A stretch of 64,000 nucleotides of DNA from Dimargaris cristalligena (Eukaryota): assembly GCA_003614675.1 (NCBI GenBank), contig ML002224.1, forward strand, positions 1 to 64,000, given 5' to 3'. The position numbers and the translations under genes were made by a program. The notes below the pieces were generated by a model. The model was not told the origin of the DNA. It did not search any database and worked only from the letters and a program-made list of their open reading frames with translations. Below, piece after piece: positions 1 to 11,487 of the stretch (position 1 is its first letter; each line of letters starts with the position of its first letter).

Positions 1-52
1 GGGGGGGGGGGGGGGGGGGGGGGGGGGGGAGGGGGGGGGGGGGGGGGGGGGG
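1..52. repeat. Poly-G run at window start
   Basis: 52 nt, all G except one A at 30; may be a real homopolymer or a contig-end/sequencing artefact. Confidence 0.8.
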
Positions 53-2572
53 TAGTACGTGTGTATATATATAAATAAATATATAAAGTAGTTAGCTATA
101 ATGGGTTGAAATACGAGAGAGTACTAAAGAGAAAAACAAGCGAAAGGGAGCAGGAGGAGGGGGAGAGGGGACATATATAATAATGAAGCGGCGCATATAC
201 GAAGAAGAAAGTATCGGGTATTAATACCACCGAATTGAACAAAGACGGGGGAGAGAGTATATGCGATAGAAACGCGTTGGGGGGGCCAGCCAGAGCTGGG
301 TCTTCGCGAGCCTTGTTCCGTATAAATCACTCTCCTTACCCTCTCTTTCTATTAATATCTATATTTATATATAATAGGGCAGCAATTCACCTGGCCTAGC
401 ATATCGAAAGAGCTTAGTTATCCACTATTCGATTTAATCCAGGCCGCTTTACTCTAATAACCCGCTTTTCTCTAGACGGATGGAGGAGTGAAACTTCCTG
501 TCCGGCCCTTTTTTCAGGTACCCACTACTCTCATTCGATGCCAAATTATACAGTAGCAGGACATGTGTCAAGTGAATAGTGGTCGGGCCCAGGGATATGC
601 TGCATTGGCTGTTCCCTTTCTACATTCACCACCATACTATATTCACACACCTCAGCAACCCTTGCCAAAGTAAGTCCCTGGCTAAAATATAAATATAGCC
701 ATTGCTATGAAAATTGAGAATGTCATGGAAATATAAGGGGTGAAAGTAATCACAAAATAAATAAAAACCTGCTAGAGACTATATAAATATACCTTTAAAT
801 GTAGATAGAAGGGCTTGTGCTCATAACTAACTACCACTGCTACAGGCCACAACAACACATCCCCCCCATCTCACTTTAACATAAACCTATTTACACAGAC
901 CACAGCAATGAAATAAGCAGCATCTCTGCACCCCTCTAGGTAGGTAGGTGGTAGTAAATAAATAAGATCAACCTAACAGGGAGGAATGACCCACTCACCT
1001 GAACACCATTGGAGGGTAATCGCTGCTATTCACTACACAGGACTCTCTCTATCTTTTTCTCTCTTGCGCACCCCTCGCGCTCTAACCGTATATGTATAAG
1101 CAGCAACTGGTCGATTTAGCCATAATGGGTTAGGCAAAGAGCGGCATCGACTGATTAAAGATATAGATTACCCCTCCCCAATCACCACATCCAAAATGAA
1201 ACTAAGAGGCAGTTAGGCCAAGTTAAGCCATCCTCTCGCTAGAGAATCGATACATATATATATCGCCAGATATCCCCCCCTCCATCTACCACTTCCTTCG
1301 GACTTGGCCCGCCATTCCATTCCGCATGGGATAAACCACGAAACCCCTTGGAATCTGCCCCCAAATGGTCGTCGTTCCATTAAATGATATATAGATACAC
1401 TACGCCACGCCCCAGTCATTCCGATTAACCAGTGTCATCGTCTCTCCCACCTCCACACTCCCTCCCCCTTACCCCGAAACTTCACTATTTTCACACTCTC
1501 ACTCACAGTTTCATTTTCACAAACCCTCATGAAATTTACGCACTTACCACTAGGAATGGTGTATATATTCTAGATAAAAAACAGGTAATTATTCCCCTCC
1601 CTCCCCATTACACCCACTCACTCACTCACTCACATTCCTTTTACGGCCGCCCTTATTCCCACCCCGCTAAACGGCTTCAATCAACTCCCTACACACATTT
1701 TAGTAATGCCATATCTTCGGATACTAATCATGCCCCGGTTGTGTGACTAATACGCGCCTAATCTCCTATGACCTAATGACCTACCAGACCCAGTATCGTA
1801 CTAGGGCGAGTCTCGCAACTCCTCCAAAACCTAATGATGAACCCGCCTACCTGAAACCCCCCCCCCCCAAGATTTTCCTCGGCCGCCCAGGCCACCTGAT
1901 GCCGATATTCGCGGGAATCACGACCAATCAATCAACCAACCAATCGGCATGGTAAATATATGTATCTTATAGTATAATCCATGATCATGTGAGAGACAAC
2001 ACGAGACAGATTAATCCCGTTCTCCTTACTCTATCCGTAACAACTAGCATGTGTAATTTAACCCGTGTACAAATATTGATATGGGCCAGTTTACCCAAAA
2101 AAGGACCGCGGATTAAACAATATTGGTTAAGGGATAAAGGTCGAGAAATGAGTCCATACCATGCGATCAGAAGAGACTCATATAAAACCCCACCCGCTCC
2201 AACCTCGCTGATAAGCCCTGTCGAGTAGATGGATCACCAATTGATACAAACAATACAGCATGTTTTAGTATACCCAGAAGTTACATAAATAACAACCCGT
2301 AGGGCTCCAGGTATTTTTCAGCACACGAATCGAGGCGAATCGTGGGTAAACTTTAGATACATTTACCAAATCATGTCATTTTAAACAATCCTATTTAATA
2401 GATTATAAGTACATAACCAACAAATGCAGATTTATTTCTTGAATAATTACAAAAGGGGGGAGGGAGGGAGAGTGGGAAGAATGTGGGATATGTATGCCAA
2501 AGTATAGGAGACCCTTATAAAGTCTTCATCAGAGTAGCTCTTAGTAATAACAAATGTACTAGATCAACAGGG

Positions 2573-5500
2573 TCACAGATCCCCATCCGACAAATCAAAC
2601 TCCGAGTCGTCAAATAACAAACTATCAGCCAGAGACGGGAGGTCCGATGGGCGACGCTGGGTGGACTTGGCAATCTCTGGGGAATAAGGCGGCAGTGGTG
2701 ATTGGTGATGGATATGGGACGCCGCCTGGATCTGGGTGGCAGTGACCGATGGTGCCGATGATACGGATGTCGATGCCGCTGACAAATTCATGGGCGTTAA
2801 AGTGGTCGGGGAATGGGAAGGTTGGGAATAGTGCATAGGCGGCCTCCCCTGGTAATGTTGAAACGGACGAAAGTTATCATGACCACTACCGGTGGTAGCT
2901 ACGGGATGGGCTGGTACAACCGGGGAAGAGGCAGGGGGAAGGGAGTGTACTATACCCGATGAAAACATGGTGGGGGGATGCGATACCATTGTACGTGGGC
3001 CATGCTCAGTCGCTGACATGGAGAGGGTCGGCCGGCGGCCACTGGCCATGGTATGCTCCGAGCTAGGGAAGGAACTCATCATGGCAGCCGGCCTGGTAGC
3101 CGCAGTAGTAGTGGCCACCACAGCAGCAGCAACACCAATGCCAGGGGGGTGGGATACAAATGGAGCAGATGCAGGAATTCGAGACGGGGGTGGGGGTAAA
3201 GAATAACCGGTATTACATATGATTTCGGACTTAACAGGGACCTGGAGGGGAAGAGGTGTCATCTGAGATGAAGTTCCAAAGGACGAAGAAGCGGACCGCT
3301 TCATGCCCATTCCGATAGGCTGGAAAGTCTCGGCGGATGGTGGTAGGGAGGGTGTCAGCGGTGGATGGGAAGAGGCAGCTCCCCCCAGACCAGGATGGCC
3401 CGAAGCCGGCGGCCCCGCCATGCCGGCTGTACCAGATACAGTAGACGTAACCGTTGGTGTGGCCGGCACTGGGGGAAGTTCAGGCACTTCGACAATCTCA
3501 TGCCCAGCGAAAAGAGACCGCGGTAACCCAGGCGCCGATCCCTGAGTCGCACCCCGACCATCCTCAGGTAAACTGTCCTCGTTATATGAAGGCCGCGACA
3601 TAACCGCATTGTAATTAAACCGCCACAGGGTTCGGGTAGTTTTGAGCGGCTCGCGGTCGGGTAACAGGATACCACGGCGGCCGCGCGTTTGACGCCGTTT
3701 GCGACGGATATCGCGATCATCGTCTTTCTCTTTGCGCTCCAACTCAAGAGCCGATAACTCCACCAAAGAGGGGGTAAATTCGTTGACTTCCCGGGATGAT
3801 CGGACTACCGTCGAGATGGGGGGTAGAAACGCCCCCTGAAGATCTAGGTCTTCAACTAGCGAACCATCGAAAGGATACCCGAGCAGAAGTAATGATTTGG
3901 TATAAATGAAAAGCTGTTCCCGGATGGAATGGGCCACTGCGGTCAGGAATTCGCCGGATAGACCCAGGTCCGCACAGAAGGATGCGGCAAAATGTTCGGG
4001 GTCCTGGCAGCCCTGGCCCAATTCCCAGATTTGACGATTGAACTCCCGCAATTGGTGACCACCATCTTGACTGGTGTCCATTGGGGCATCAGGGGTTGAC
4101 GTAGACTTCAATGGAGCGTGACTATCATTGGTCGGGCAGGTACAAAGGTTTGTAGCGCCCGGGGGACCTGGGTTAAACGCTATATGGAACAGACCATAGC
4201 CTAGATCGGGGGCCGTAGGCCCTGGGGCACTATTCAGTACACCATTAGAGTCCTCGGGTATAGAAGAGGATGGTGTGGGTATAGGGGTTTGACTGTCTGA
4301 TGGGCATTTGCAGCGGGTACATGAGGGCGGGTTGGTCGACCGAGGCTGAGCGGCCGCTTCACATTCCGCTATCAGAATATCCCACTGAGTTCGGGAAGGA
4401 CCCGGTCCGGTACTATTTGATTCGGCTTCAGTTTCCATCAGATTCTGCTTAATTTTGTAGGCCTCGGCAATTATGTTTCGTCCCACGTCCCACTCGAACT
4501 GGTCCATCAGCGCCACGTTCCCAACAGTAATATCGATGCGGATCACCACTCGAAGGTCGTTGGTCGCTAACCGAGGGCCATTCCCGGACGATGATGACGG
4601 ATGAATACCCTGGGCGGTAGATTCGGACTTTACCTTAACATCCGGAAACAAAATGTCCGAGTGACTCTCTGCCTGGGATAAGTAGCTATGGCCTTGGTAA
4701 TCCGCAATCTGCTCTTTCATCTGTTTCACCATCCCCGGCACAAACAGGGTGGAAGGGAGTTGCAGATCTTCGCATAGGGTTTCGGCGAACAGTTCGTGTG
4801 AAATAAGGGTATCATTTAGGTTCCACGTGAAAGTATCCCGTAACCGGTGGCCGTCGGATTCTAATTCAATTCGGATAGGAACCAGGCGCTCGTCAATCTG
4901 GGCTTGGGCATACAACTGTTCACGGGAGGAGCAGGGGACGGGTCGTTTACGGAGGCGATTGGGCCGGCTGGACGATTGGACCTGGACAAGGGGGTGCGGA
5001 TAGGACATTAAGGCCTCCCATGATGGCAGGGGCTTGATACCTGGAAACACATAGCGGTCTCCGACCATCATCCGCTGCAGCTCCAGTTGCTGGTGCCCCT
5101 GGATAAGTCGGTTTTTACTGGCCTGCGCTTGTTGGACAAAGGCTCGGTCCAGAGTCTCTTTATCCTGCTGGTAGTGGGTTACGCTGTCTTCGTACATTTT
5201 ACGCTTCTGCGAGGGGAGTGACACGGTGTCCACTGGGGACCCGGTTGGTTTGGGGGGAAGGGCTGATGCAACCGGACGGGCGGGCAGGCTAGGCTCTTGG
5301 GATACGGCACCCTTAGCATTGGGGCCCGACAAAGTGGCATTCGATCCGTTAATGGCAAAACGACCCGCCGACGGTTGACCGACCGGCGATTCGTTGTGAA
5401 ATGTTAGTCGCGAGGGAGTTGCTACAATTGATCTAGCCGAGGTATCGCCGGGGGGGACGTGGGCAATATTAATCTGGCTCATCAATTTGGCCTGGACGTC

Positions 5501-7495
5501 AGGGGGCAGCGGGGTAGGGGAGTGGAGTTCGGAAATTAGCGTCGCAGCCAGGGAGGTGGGGTTGGGATTGGTGGACAGCCGCCGCATATCCTGACCGGAT
5601 GCACCGGGGGTAGGGGTCGCCGGGGTGGATGGTGGGTGGCCGGGTGTGGTCGGGGAGGCCTGGGCTAGTCTACCCGAAGAAGTTCTTTTCCGATTACTCT
5701 TGGATTTGGGGGAGGGGGCCGGTGGGGAGGCGGCGTGGGCAAGGTAGCCCCCCGACCCGTTGGCCAGGAACATGGACTGCATACCCATAGCATGATCATT
5801 CGGGGTGGCCAGGGGGTTGGGGCTCGGGGCCGTCGATGATGAGACTACTTGGAACTGACCCACGCCAGCGTGGAGGGGGGAGGTGATTTTCCTATTGAGG
5901 GATAATTTGGTAGCATTCGACCCAGCAGCACCCACCACTGACGACGCCCGACTGCTCAGGGGCGACGACGCCGCCGCGCCCATAGATCCGGGATTGGGGG
6001 TTAGTCGGGCAATGGGAGACGGGCCGGGGGGCTGACCAACCATGCCCATTGGGTTAGCGGCCGGCCGGGGTTGAATGGGAGCCGGATTAGAGCTTTGTCG
6101 TTTGATGGCAGTACCCGGCGGCTGGGGGGTTCCTCCCCCCTGATTGATCTGACCGGGGGGTAGCTGTCCGGGCCCTATATTCATCATAACCCCGGGGGGG
6201 CGTTGTTGCGGGACCTGGAACTGCTGGAAATGGTGGGGATTCTGGGGGTACCGCTGCATCGCCTGGAATTGTTTCTGCTGAAGCTGTTGACTCTGAATCA
6301 TATTGTTCATGAGGGTTTTCTGTTGCTGTGGGGTCATACTTTGGGCCATTTGGAACCAAGGGTTAAATGGAGGCCGTCCACCCATACCACTGGCCATGGC
6401 GGCGGCTTGGAACTGGGCCTGGTTGACAAAGGACTGGCCCGGGTTTGGTGGGCCCATGGAATGGAGGTTAAGGCCCCCGGGAGAGGGGTGGACTCCCTTG
6501 CCAGCGGAATAATTGGGGGTAGCATTGGGATTAGACAGTTTTATGGCATTTGCGGCTGAGTTGGGTGGTTTGGATCCGTTGGCCTGTTGCTGCTTTGCGA
6601 CCGTAGAATCCCAAAGCTGGTTGAGGATGTTGATGCTCTCCCCGTTCAACTGGTTCTTTTGCTGGAGATCTAGGATATTCTGCTGTTCGGACGGTGGTAA
6701 ATTCATCATTTGAAGCTGCTGGGGTGTAAATGAGGTCTGGGTGTTGGATCTAGCGGTGGGGGTCGGATGATGTGGCTGGGATGGGCCGCCATCGGCACTG
6801 GGAGGCTGTAGAGTGGCTGGACTTTCGGCTTGAAGTCCGTGCGCATTGATCGAGGACGATGTGGGTATTGGTGGCTGTGGTGGTGGTGGTTGGTGCTGGT
6901 GCTGCTGCTGCTGTTGTTGGTGTTGCTGTTGTTGGTGTTGCTGTTGTTGGTGTTGCTGTTGTTGGTGTTGCTGTTGTTGGTGTGATGGTGGACGCGCCAT
7001 TTGAGCACCGGAATGATAGCCGAGTTGCGAGAAACCACCCAGCCCAGCCTGGTTAGGGTTATTCATCATGCCTATATTGAGGCCCGCGTTAGGACCCATG
7101 AGAGGGAGACCAGGGTTCGAAACACCCCCCATACCCGTCGCCCCGGCGTTAGGATTGCCATTGACGTTGGGGGCCATGTGATTGGGGAAATTGAGAGTAC
7201 CGACATTCCCAGGCATGTTATAAGGAAACATGGGGTTTCCGCCTTGGAAGTACTGCATATTGGGTGGACCGGGTGCATTGCTAGTGGGGATGTTACTGCT
7301 GGCCAAAGAAGGGTTGGACGGGTGAGCTGTGCTAAACGCGGGCTGGCCGTAAAGGCCACTTTGATGAGCAGCCAAGTACGGGTTGTTGGGGTAGGCGCCA
7401 ATCGGGGGAGCGGAAGTGCCAGGGTTGAAATTAGGCCGAATTTGACCCGCGAAATTCAGGTTTGGTTGTTGAAAGTTCGGCAGCTCGTTGGACAT
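2573..7495 (-). CDS. SNF5: SWI/SNF chromatin-remodelling subunit Snf5/SMARCB1 (1640 aa, apparently intronless)
   Basis: Repeat 1: LVPIRIELESDGHRLRDTFTWNLNDTLISHELFAETLCEDLQLP. Repeat 2: DLRVVIRIDITVGNVALMDQFEWD...PEHFAASFCADLGLSGEFLTAVAHSIREQL. Also the C-terminal LERKEKDDDRDIRRKRRQTRGRRG motif and a long Q/N/P-rich N-terminus as in fungal Snf5. Confidence 0.95.
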   Translation of the reverse strand: MSNELPNFQQPNLNFAGQIRPNFNPGTSAPPIGAYPNNPYLAAHQSGLYGQPAFSTAHPSNPSLASSNIPTSNAPGPPNMQYFQGGNPMFPYNMPGNVGTLNFPNHMAPNVNGNPNAGATGMGGVSNPGLPLMGPNAGLNIGMMNNPNQAGLGGFSQLGYHSGAQMARPPSHQQQQHQQQQHQQQQHQQQQHQQQQQQHQHQPPPPQPPIPTSSSINAHGLQAESPATLQPPSADGGPSQPHHPTPTARSNTQTSFTPQQLQMMNLPPSEQQNILDLQQKNQLNGESINILNQLWDSTVAKQQQANGSKPPNSAANAIKLSNPNATPNYSAGKGVHPSPGGLNLHSMGPPNPGQSFVNQAQFQAAAMASGMGGRPPFNPWFQMAQSMTPQQQKTLMNNMIQSQQLQQKQFQAMQRYPQNPHHFQQFQVPQQRPPGVMMNIGPGQLPPGQINQGGGTPQPPGTAIKRQSSNPAPIQPRPAANPMGMVGQPPGPSPIARLTPNPGSMGAAASSPLSSRASSVVGAAGSNATKLSLNRKITSPLHAGVGQFQVVSSSTAPSPNPLATPNDHAMGMQSMFLANGSGGYLAHAASPPAPSPKSKSNRKRTSSGRLAQASPTTPGHPPSTPATPTPGASGQDMRRLSTNPNPTSLAATLISELHSPTPLPPDVQAKLMSQINIAHVPPGDTSARSIVATPSRLTFHNESPVGQPSAGRFAINGSNATLSGPNAKGAVSQEPSLPARPVASALPPKPTGSPVDTVSLPSQKRKMYEDSVTHYQQDKETLDRAFVQQAQASKNRLIQGHQQLELQRMMVGDRYVFPGIKPLPSWEALMSYPHPLVQVQSSSRPNRLRKRPVPCSSREQLYAQAQIDERLVPIRIELESDGHRLRDTFTWNLNDTLISHELFAETLCEDLQLPSTLFVPGMVKQMKEQIADYQGHSYLSQAESHSDILFPDVKVKSESTAQGIHPSSSSGNGPRLATNDLRVVIRIDITVGNVALMDQFEWDVGRNIIAEAYKIKQNLMETEAESNSTGPGPSRTQWDILIAECEAAAQPRSTNPPSCTRCKCPSDSQTPIPTPSSSIPEDSNGVLNSAPGPTAPDLGYGLFHIAFNPGPPGATNLCTCPTNDSHAPLKSTSTPDAPMDTSQDGGHQLREFNRQIWELGQGCQDPEHFAASFCADLGLSGEFLTAVAHSIREQLFIYTKSLLLLGYPFDGSLVEDLDLQGAFLPPISTVVRSSREVNEFTPSLVELSALELERKEKDDDRDIRRKRRQTRGRRGILLPDREPLKTTRTLWRFNYNAVMSRPSYNEDSLPEDGRGATQGSAPGLPRSLFAGHEIVEVPELPPVPATPTVTSTVSGTAGMAGPPASGHPGLGGAASSHPPLTPSLPPSAETFQPIGMGMKRSASSSFGTSSQMTPLPLQVPVKSEIICNTGYSLPPPPSRIPASAPFVSHPPGIGVAAAVVATTTAATRPAAMMSSFPSSEHTMASGRRPTLSMSATEHGPRTMVSHPPTMFSSGIVHSLPPASSPVVPAHPVATTGSGHDNFRPFQHYQGRPPMHYSQPSHSPTTLTPMNLSAASTSVSSAPSVTATQIQAASHIHHQSPLPPYSPEIAKSTQRRPSDLPSLADSLLFDDSEFDLSDGDL
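6891..6982 (-). repeat. Coding tandem repeat, (HQQQQ)n / polyQ tract in Snf5
   Basis: 15-bp unit tgttgctgttgttgg repeated about 4 times on the + strand, plus a short CTG run. Confidence 0.9.
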
Positions 7496-9094
7496 GGCCG
7501 GCCGAAACAGGTATAAAAGCAGGCTAAGCCAAGTAAATATAAAAAATAAAGGTGGGCCGTATGGGGAAGTGCGTGTATCAAGCTAAATAGAGTCAGGGTA
7601 TCTAGGAAATCGGTATTTTGATAGAACGAAAACTAGGGAGCAGGGGTTGTGCGCAATAGAAACTAGATACTAAACCAACCTCAATAAAAAGGGAGGAATA
7701 AGCGTGAGCAGGGATGGGGGGACCACGGGACAATGTGGTGGAGGATAGCTATGTCGACAAAAACAATATAAGGGGAATAGCTTAGAATAGAGGTAGGGAA
7801 ATAAGATAAGAATAACGGGATTCAAGGCGCGTGAATTGACTATAGATGGCCAGATGGTTATGTAAAACGCTGGTCAGAGACCATCCAATGCGACCAGGGT
7901 GGTCTATATATGTACGCGTTAAGACCAAGGAATACGCTACGGGGTGAATAGAGTGGAGGGGGTAAGGGGGGAGAAGATCACAAAAGGCGTATTAAGGGAG
8001 AAGAATGATTGCAGATCGACTTGGCAAGTAAAGAAGTTCTGGGGAGGGAGTTGGTATAAAAGCCGCGTGAGGGGGGAGTGGTGAGCCAAGTAGCGGTCGA
8101 AAATGGAGTCGTTAATATCGGTGAGAGATAAGTGAGGTTAAGTCGCGACTGGCAGTTCCAAAGCGGAGATAGTATAATAGTAGGCAAATTTAAAGAAAAG
8201 GAAGCGCAGAGCAGTTGTTGACAAGGGCGTTTGGTTAGTGGAAAGTAAAGCGCATATACACATAGTGGTGGCAGGGCTTATACTACCTAACCTATTCCTA
8301 GGCCTATAGCCAAGTAAGCAGTGGTCCACAAAAGAGCCGCAGGTGGGGGGAATGCTTTTAATTTTTAAAGGGGAGGGGTATTTTATGACCCACTAACGAG
8401 CGACCCCCACTCGGAAATAGTTCTAGAGGTATGAGATAGTACCAGGTAGAAAAGAACGGAGCTATGAACCTACATAAACGATACCCGCCGAAACCCTAGA
8501 GATAAGCAGCTGGAAGACCGAAAGAAGCGAAGACCGAGTAGGGAGGGAAAGAGACTCGAGCTCGGTAATGGGAACTGATAGAAGGCGGGGGAGTGTGTGA
8601 CAAGAAGCGCGTAGTTTATGGGGTATAACTAAAGAGGCGATCGGAAAAGACTAGCAACAAAAGGGATCGAGTACTAAAGAAGGAGGGAGTTTGGAAACAA
8701 AAGGGGAAAGAGAAAAAAGACAGTTGGGCTCTCATTCAACCTCCCAGCTACATTGGTATTAGGTGTGGTGGGGTCGTCTCTCTTTCAGTTTGGCTGTATG
8801 CAGTGGTATATATATATATATATATATGTGTGTGTGAGGAATCTTTTACAACCAAAACTGTCGTTGAGAAGTGAAGTAGTATAGCAGCATATAGATAAAG
8901 CGATCGAGACTAATGCATATAATATGAAGAAGGTAAGTTTATTGTCTCGTTGGCAGGACATACTAAGCCGGTTAGAGAAGGAGGAGTTATAGGGTTAGAG
9001 GAAATATGTAAGATGGTGGGAGTAGTAACTGGTATGAGCCGTTCTTATTCCTCAGACTCCTTGATTGCGGAGGTGCAGGGGGACCCCATTAAAT

Positions 9095-9131
<37 letters not shown>

Positions 9132-11487
9132 CATCAATGAAATGCCTCTCTTGTTCTGCATTACGTTGGACATGGCACTATCGCGGGTATCGATCGCCAG
9201 CGACCAGTATAAAATGTCGTCTTTGGAGCCGGTGTACAGCTCCACTCCACACTCAACGACCCGATAATTAGAATCCCCTTTGGTTATTAGATGCGACTAA
9301 AATGTATTCTGACTTTTCCCCACTGACCACGAAGCGTCTTTAATTGACCAAATTGGATAAGAGGGGTCCCCAAATATCGGGCTGGGGAGCTATTAAAAGC
9401 GCAGTTCCGAGGATTTGATACGTCTACCATATACATACTAGTCGGCAATGTGGGAGAAAGGTCTAATTTTAACATTCAAATTTCCCAGTCTCATTACATT
9501 TCCAGTCCCCCCCTTCCCGAGAACCCTGACCGGTCCCCTTAACTCGCCACGTTGGACGGGCCAACGGAACAAGGAATTCACTCAGCCTATCACCTATGTG
9601 GGAAGGTGGGGATGGCCACATTATAGAGCCGGCTAATAATAATAATAACAGTAGTACTAGTAATATTATATATATATATATATAAACAACCCCGACGGTG
9701 GTAATGACTGGGCAGTGGTAATTAGGGGAACTAATAGATCTTTCCACTCAACGGTAGGGAACGAGGTAAACCCTGAATCCCACGGATTTATTCACAGCCC
9801 GATAGAGGGGCACGCGTGTTATACTCCTCCTCCTATTAATTCGTCCCCTGGATAAGATGGGGGATATGTACGCGTTTCGTCTCGACGCGCCCAGGGTTTC
9901 CTGGGTTGTACGGAGCCAACCTTCGGGAATAAATACTGGCTAGGGGAAAAGAGACGGGGGCTCTGTTTAACCAACCATCGCTTTCAACAGGGGGAAGAAG
10001 GGTGAGGCAGATCCCCCTCCTCTTCCCTTCAACAGTGAGCGAATCCTCTTGTGCCACACAACTGCTACCATAATGTACACTCCCCTCTCACTGTCTAGAT
10101 AGTAGTGCTGGGGGATGATGGTGAGGGAAGAGAGAGAGGGTTGGTTGGGCGTCTGTACATTTTAAAATCACGTGCATCTTATTATATGTCCATCTCTTCT
10201 TTCCCCTATGGCTCCTTAAATTCTGCTTTTCCAACCAAAAAAATACCACACCAGGATCAGCAGCCGGACAGAGCACCTCAAATAATTTTACAGTCGCACA
10301 GATCTAGCAGTAGTATTAGTATTAGTTCGCTATAATAGGTAAGGTCGTCTTGGGAAGATTTCCTGGCTTAGCATGCCAACTGGTTCTCGTGACAAATCAT
10401 GTAGGGGGTGCAACTACACTGAATCGTACTAAATGTGCGTACCGGCCCTGCCAAATCTGTCAGCATTTATTTGACATGCAGGCCTCCAGTATTTGTATTT
10501 TGGTCCCATATATCCATGGGCCAGTTGGGGACCTACTATTTATATTCTTACATCTGGTTTATTGAACATCTTAACCCATCGGTAACACAATCCTCTTCAC
10601 TCTCGTTTTTTAGCTGCCGTATAGTTCTAGCGATTAAACCGATTGCAAAACCAACCGTGGGCTGGATGCACTTTATGTACAGCCATGTGTTGCACAAATG
10701 AGAGGCTGGGCAAGGCAAGGGCTTTTCACGCTTAATGATATGTAAGGCGGAATTGTCACGAGAGGGTGATAGGGTGGTGGGCACATCATGCGCGGCGTTA
10801 TGTGGCTCTCCAGCTTCAGAATGCTCAATCTGACCAACTCTCTCTCCACCAACTGTTGCTATATATAGCTTTAGCAGAGAGAGGGTGGGGGTTTCGGATG
10901 GTGTCATTGGCGTGGTATCACACGCACTCCGCCAGGAGACTGGGGCTTTAATTTAATACCCCGGCCGAAACAAACAAAGGGTCTCTGATGGCGAATCTCA
11001 TACCGGGTTGAATAAAATCGCGGATTCTACGACTGGTACTGTTCGGTAAAAATACTACTACTGTCCACGCTTTCACAGACCACCGTCCGGCCCCAGCTTG
11101 CTCACAGACATTATACATTTTATATTATTATTACTATTATTATTATCATCATCATTACCACTGCGCCAGCCATGCTGTTCCGCTCATATACGCCATCTTC
11201 TCTCTTATTTATGTAATTTTAATGGCTTAGTTATTCAAAACGCTACTTTGTATTGTCTCCTACAGCCCATCCCTTATTACCCAGTCCGTTCAAAACGGCG
11301 TCCTCCCTAATATTGCAACATATATCCCTTTGTTCCTTTCATATTATCCTGATTAATATCAATTTAGACCTGTCCCTTTTTGATTATTTATTCCAATAAC
11401 GTTTACAATTACACTTTTTTTATCGTACAGTTATCGGTCAATTATATCGGATTCTAGCCGGTTTTTCATAACCTACCGCCTTATGTC

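Noticed and set aside
10168..10174. TCACGTG (Cbf1-like) upstream of the permease, and TCACGTGA at ~48968
   Set aside because: Single short motifs 1.3-2.7 kb from the sulfur genes; expected by chance, and the yeast MET regulon logic is not established for this organism.
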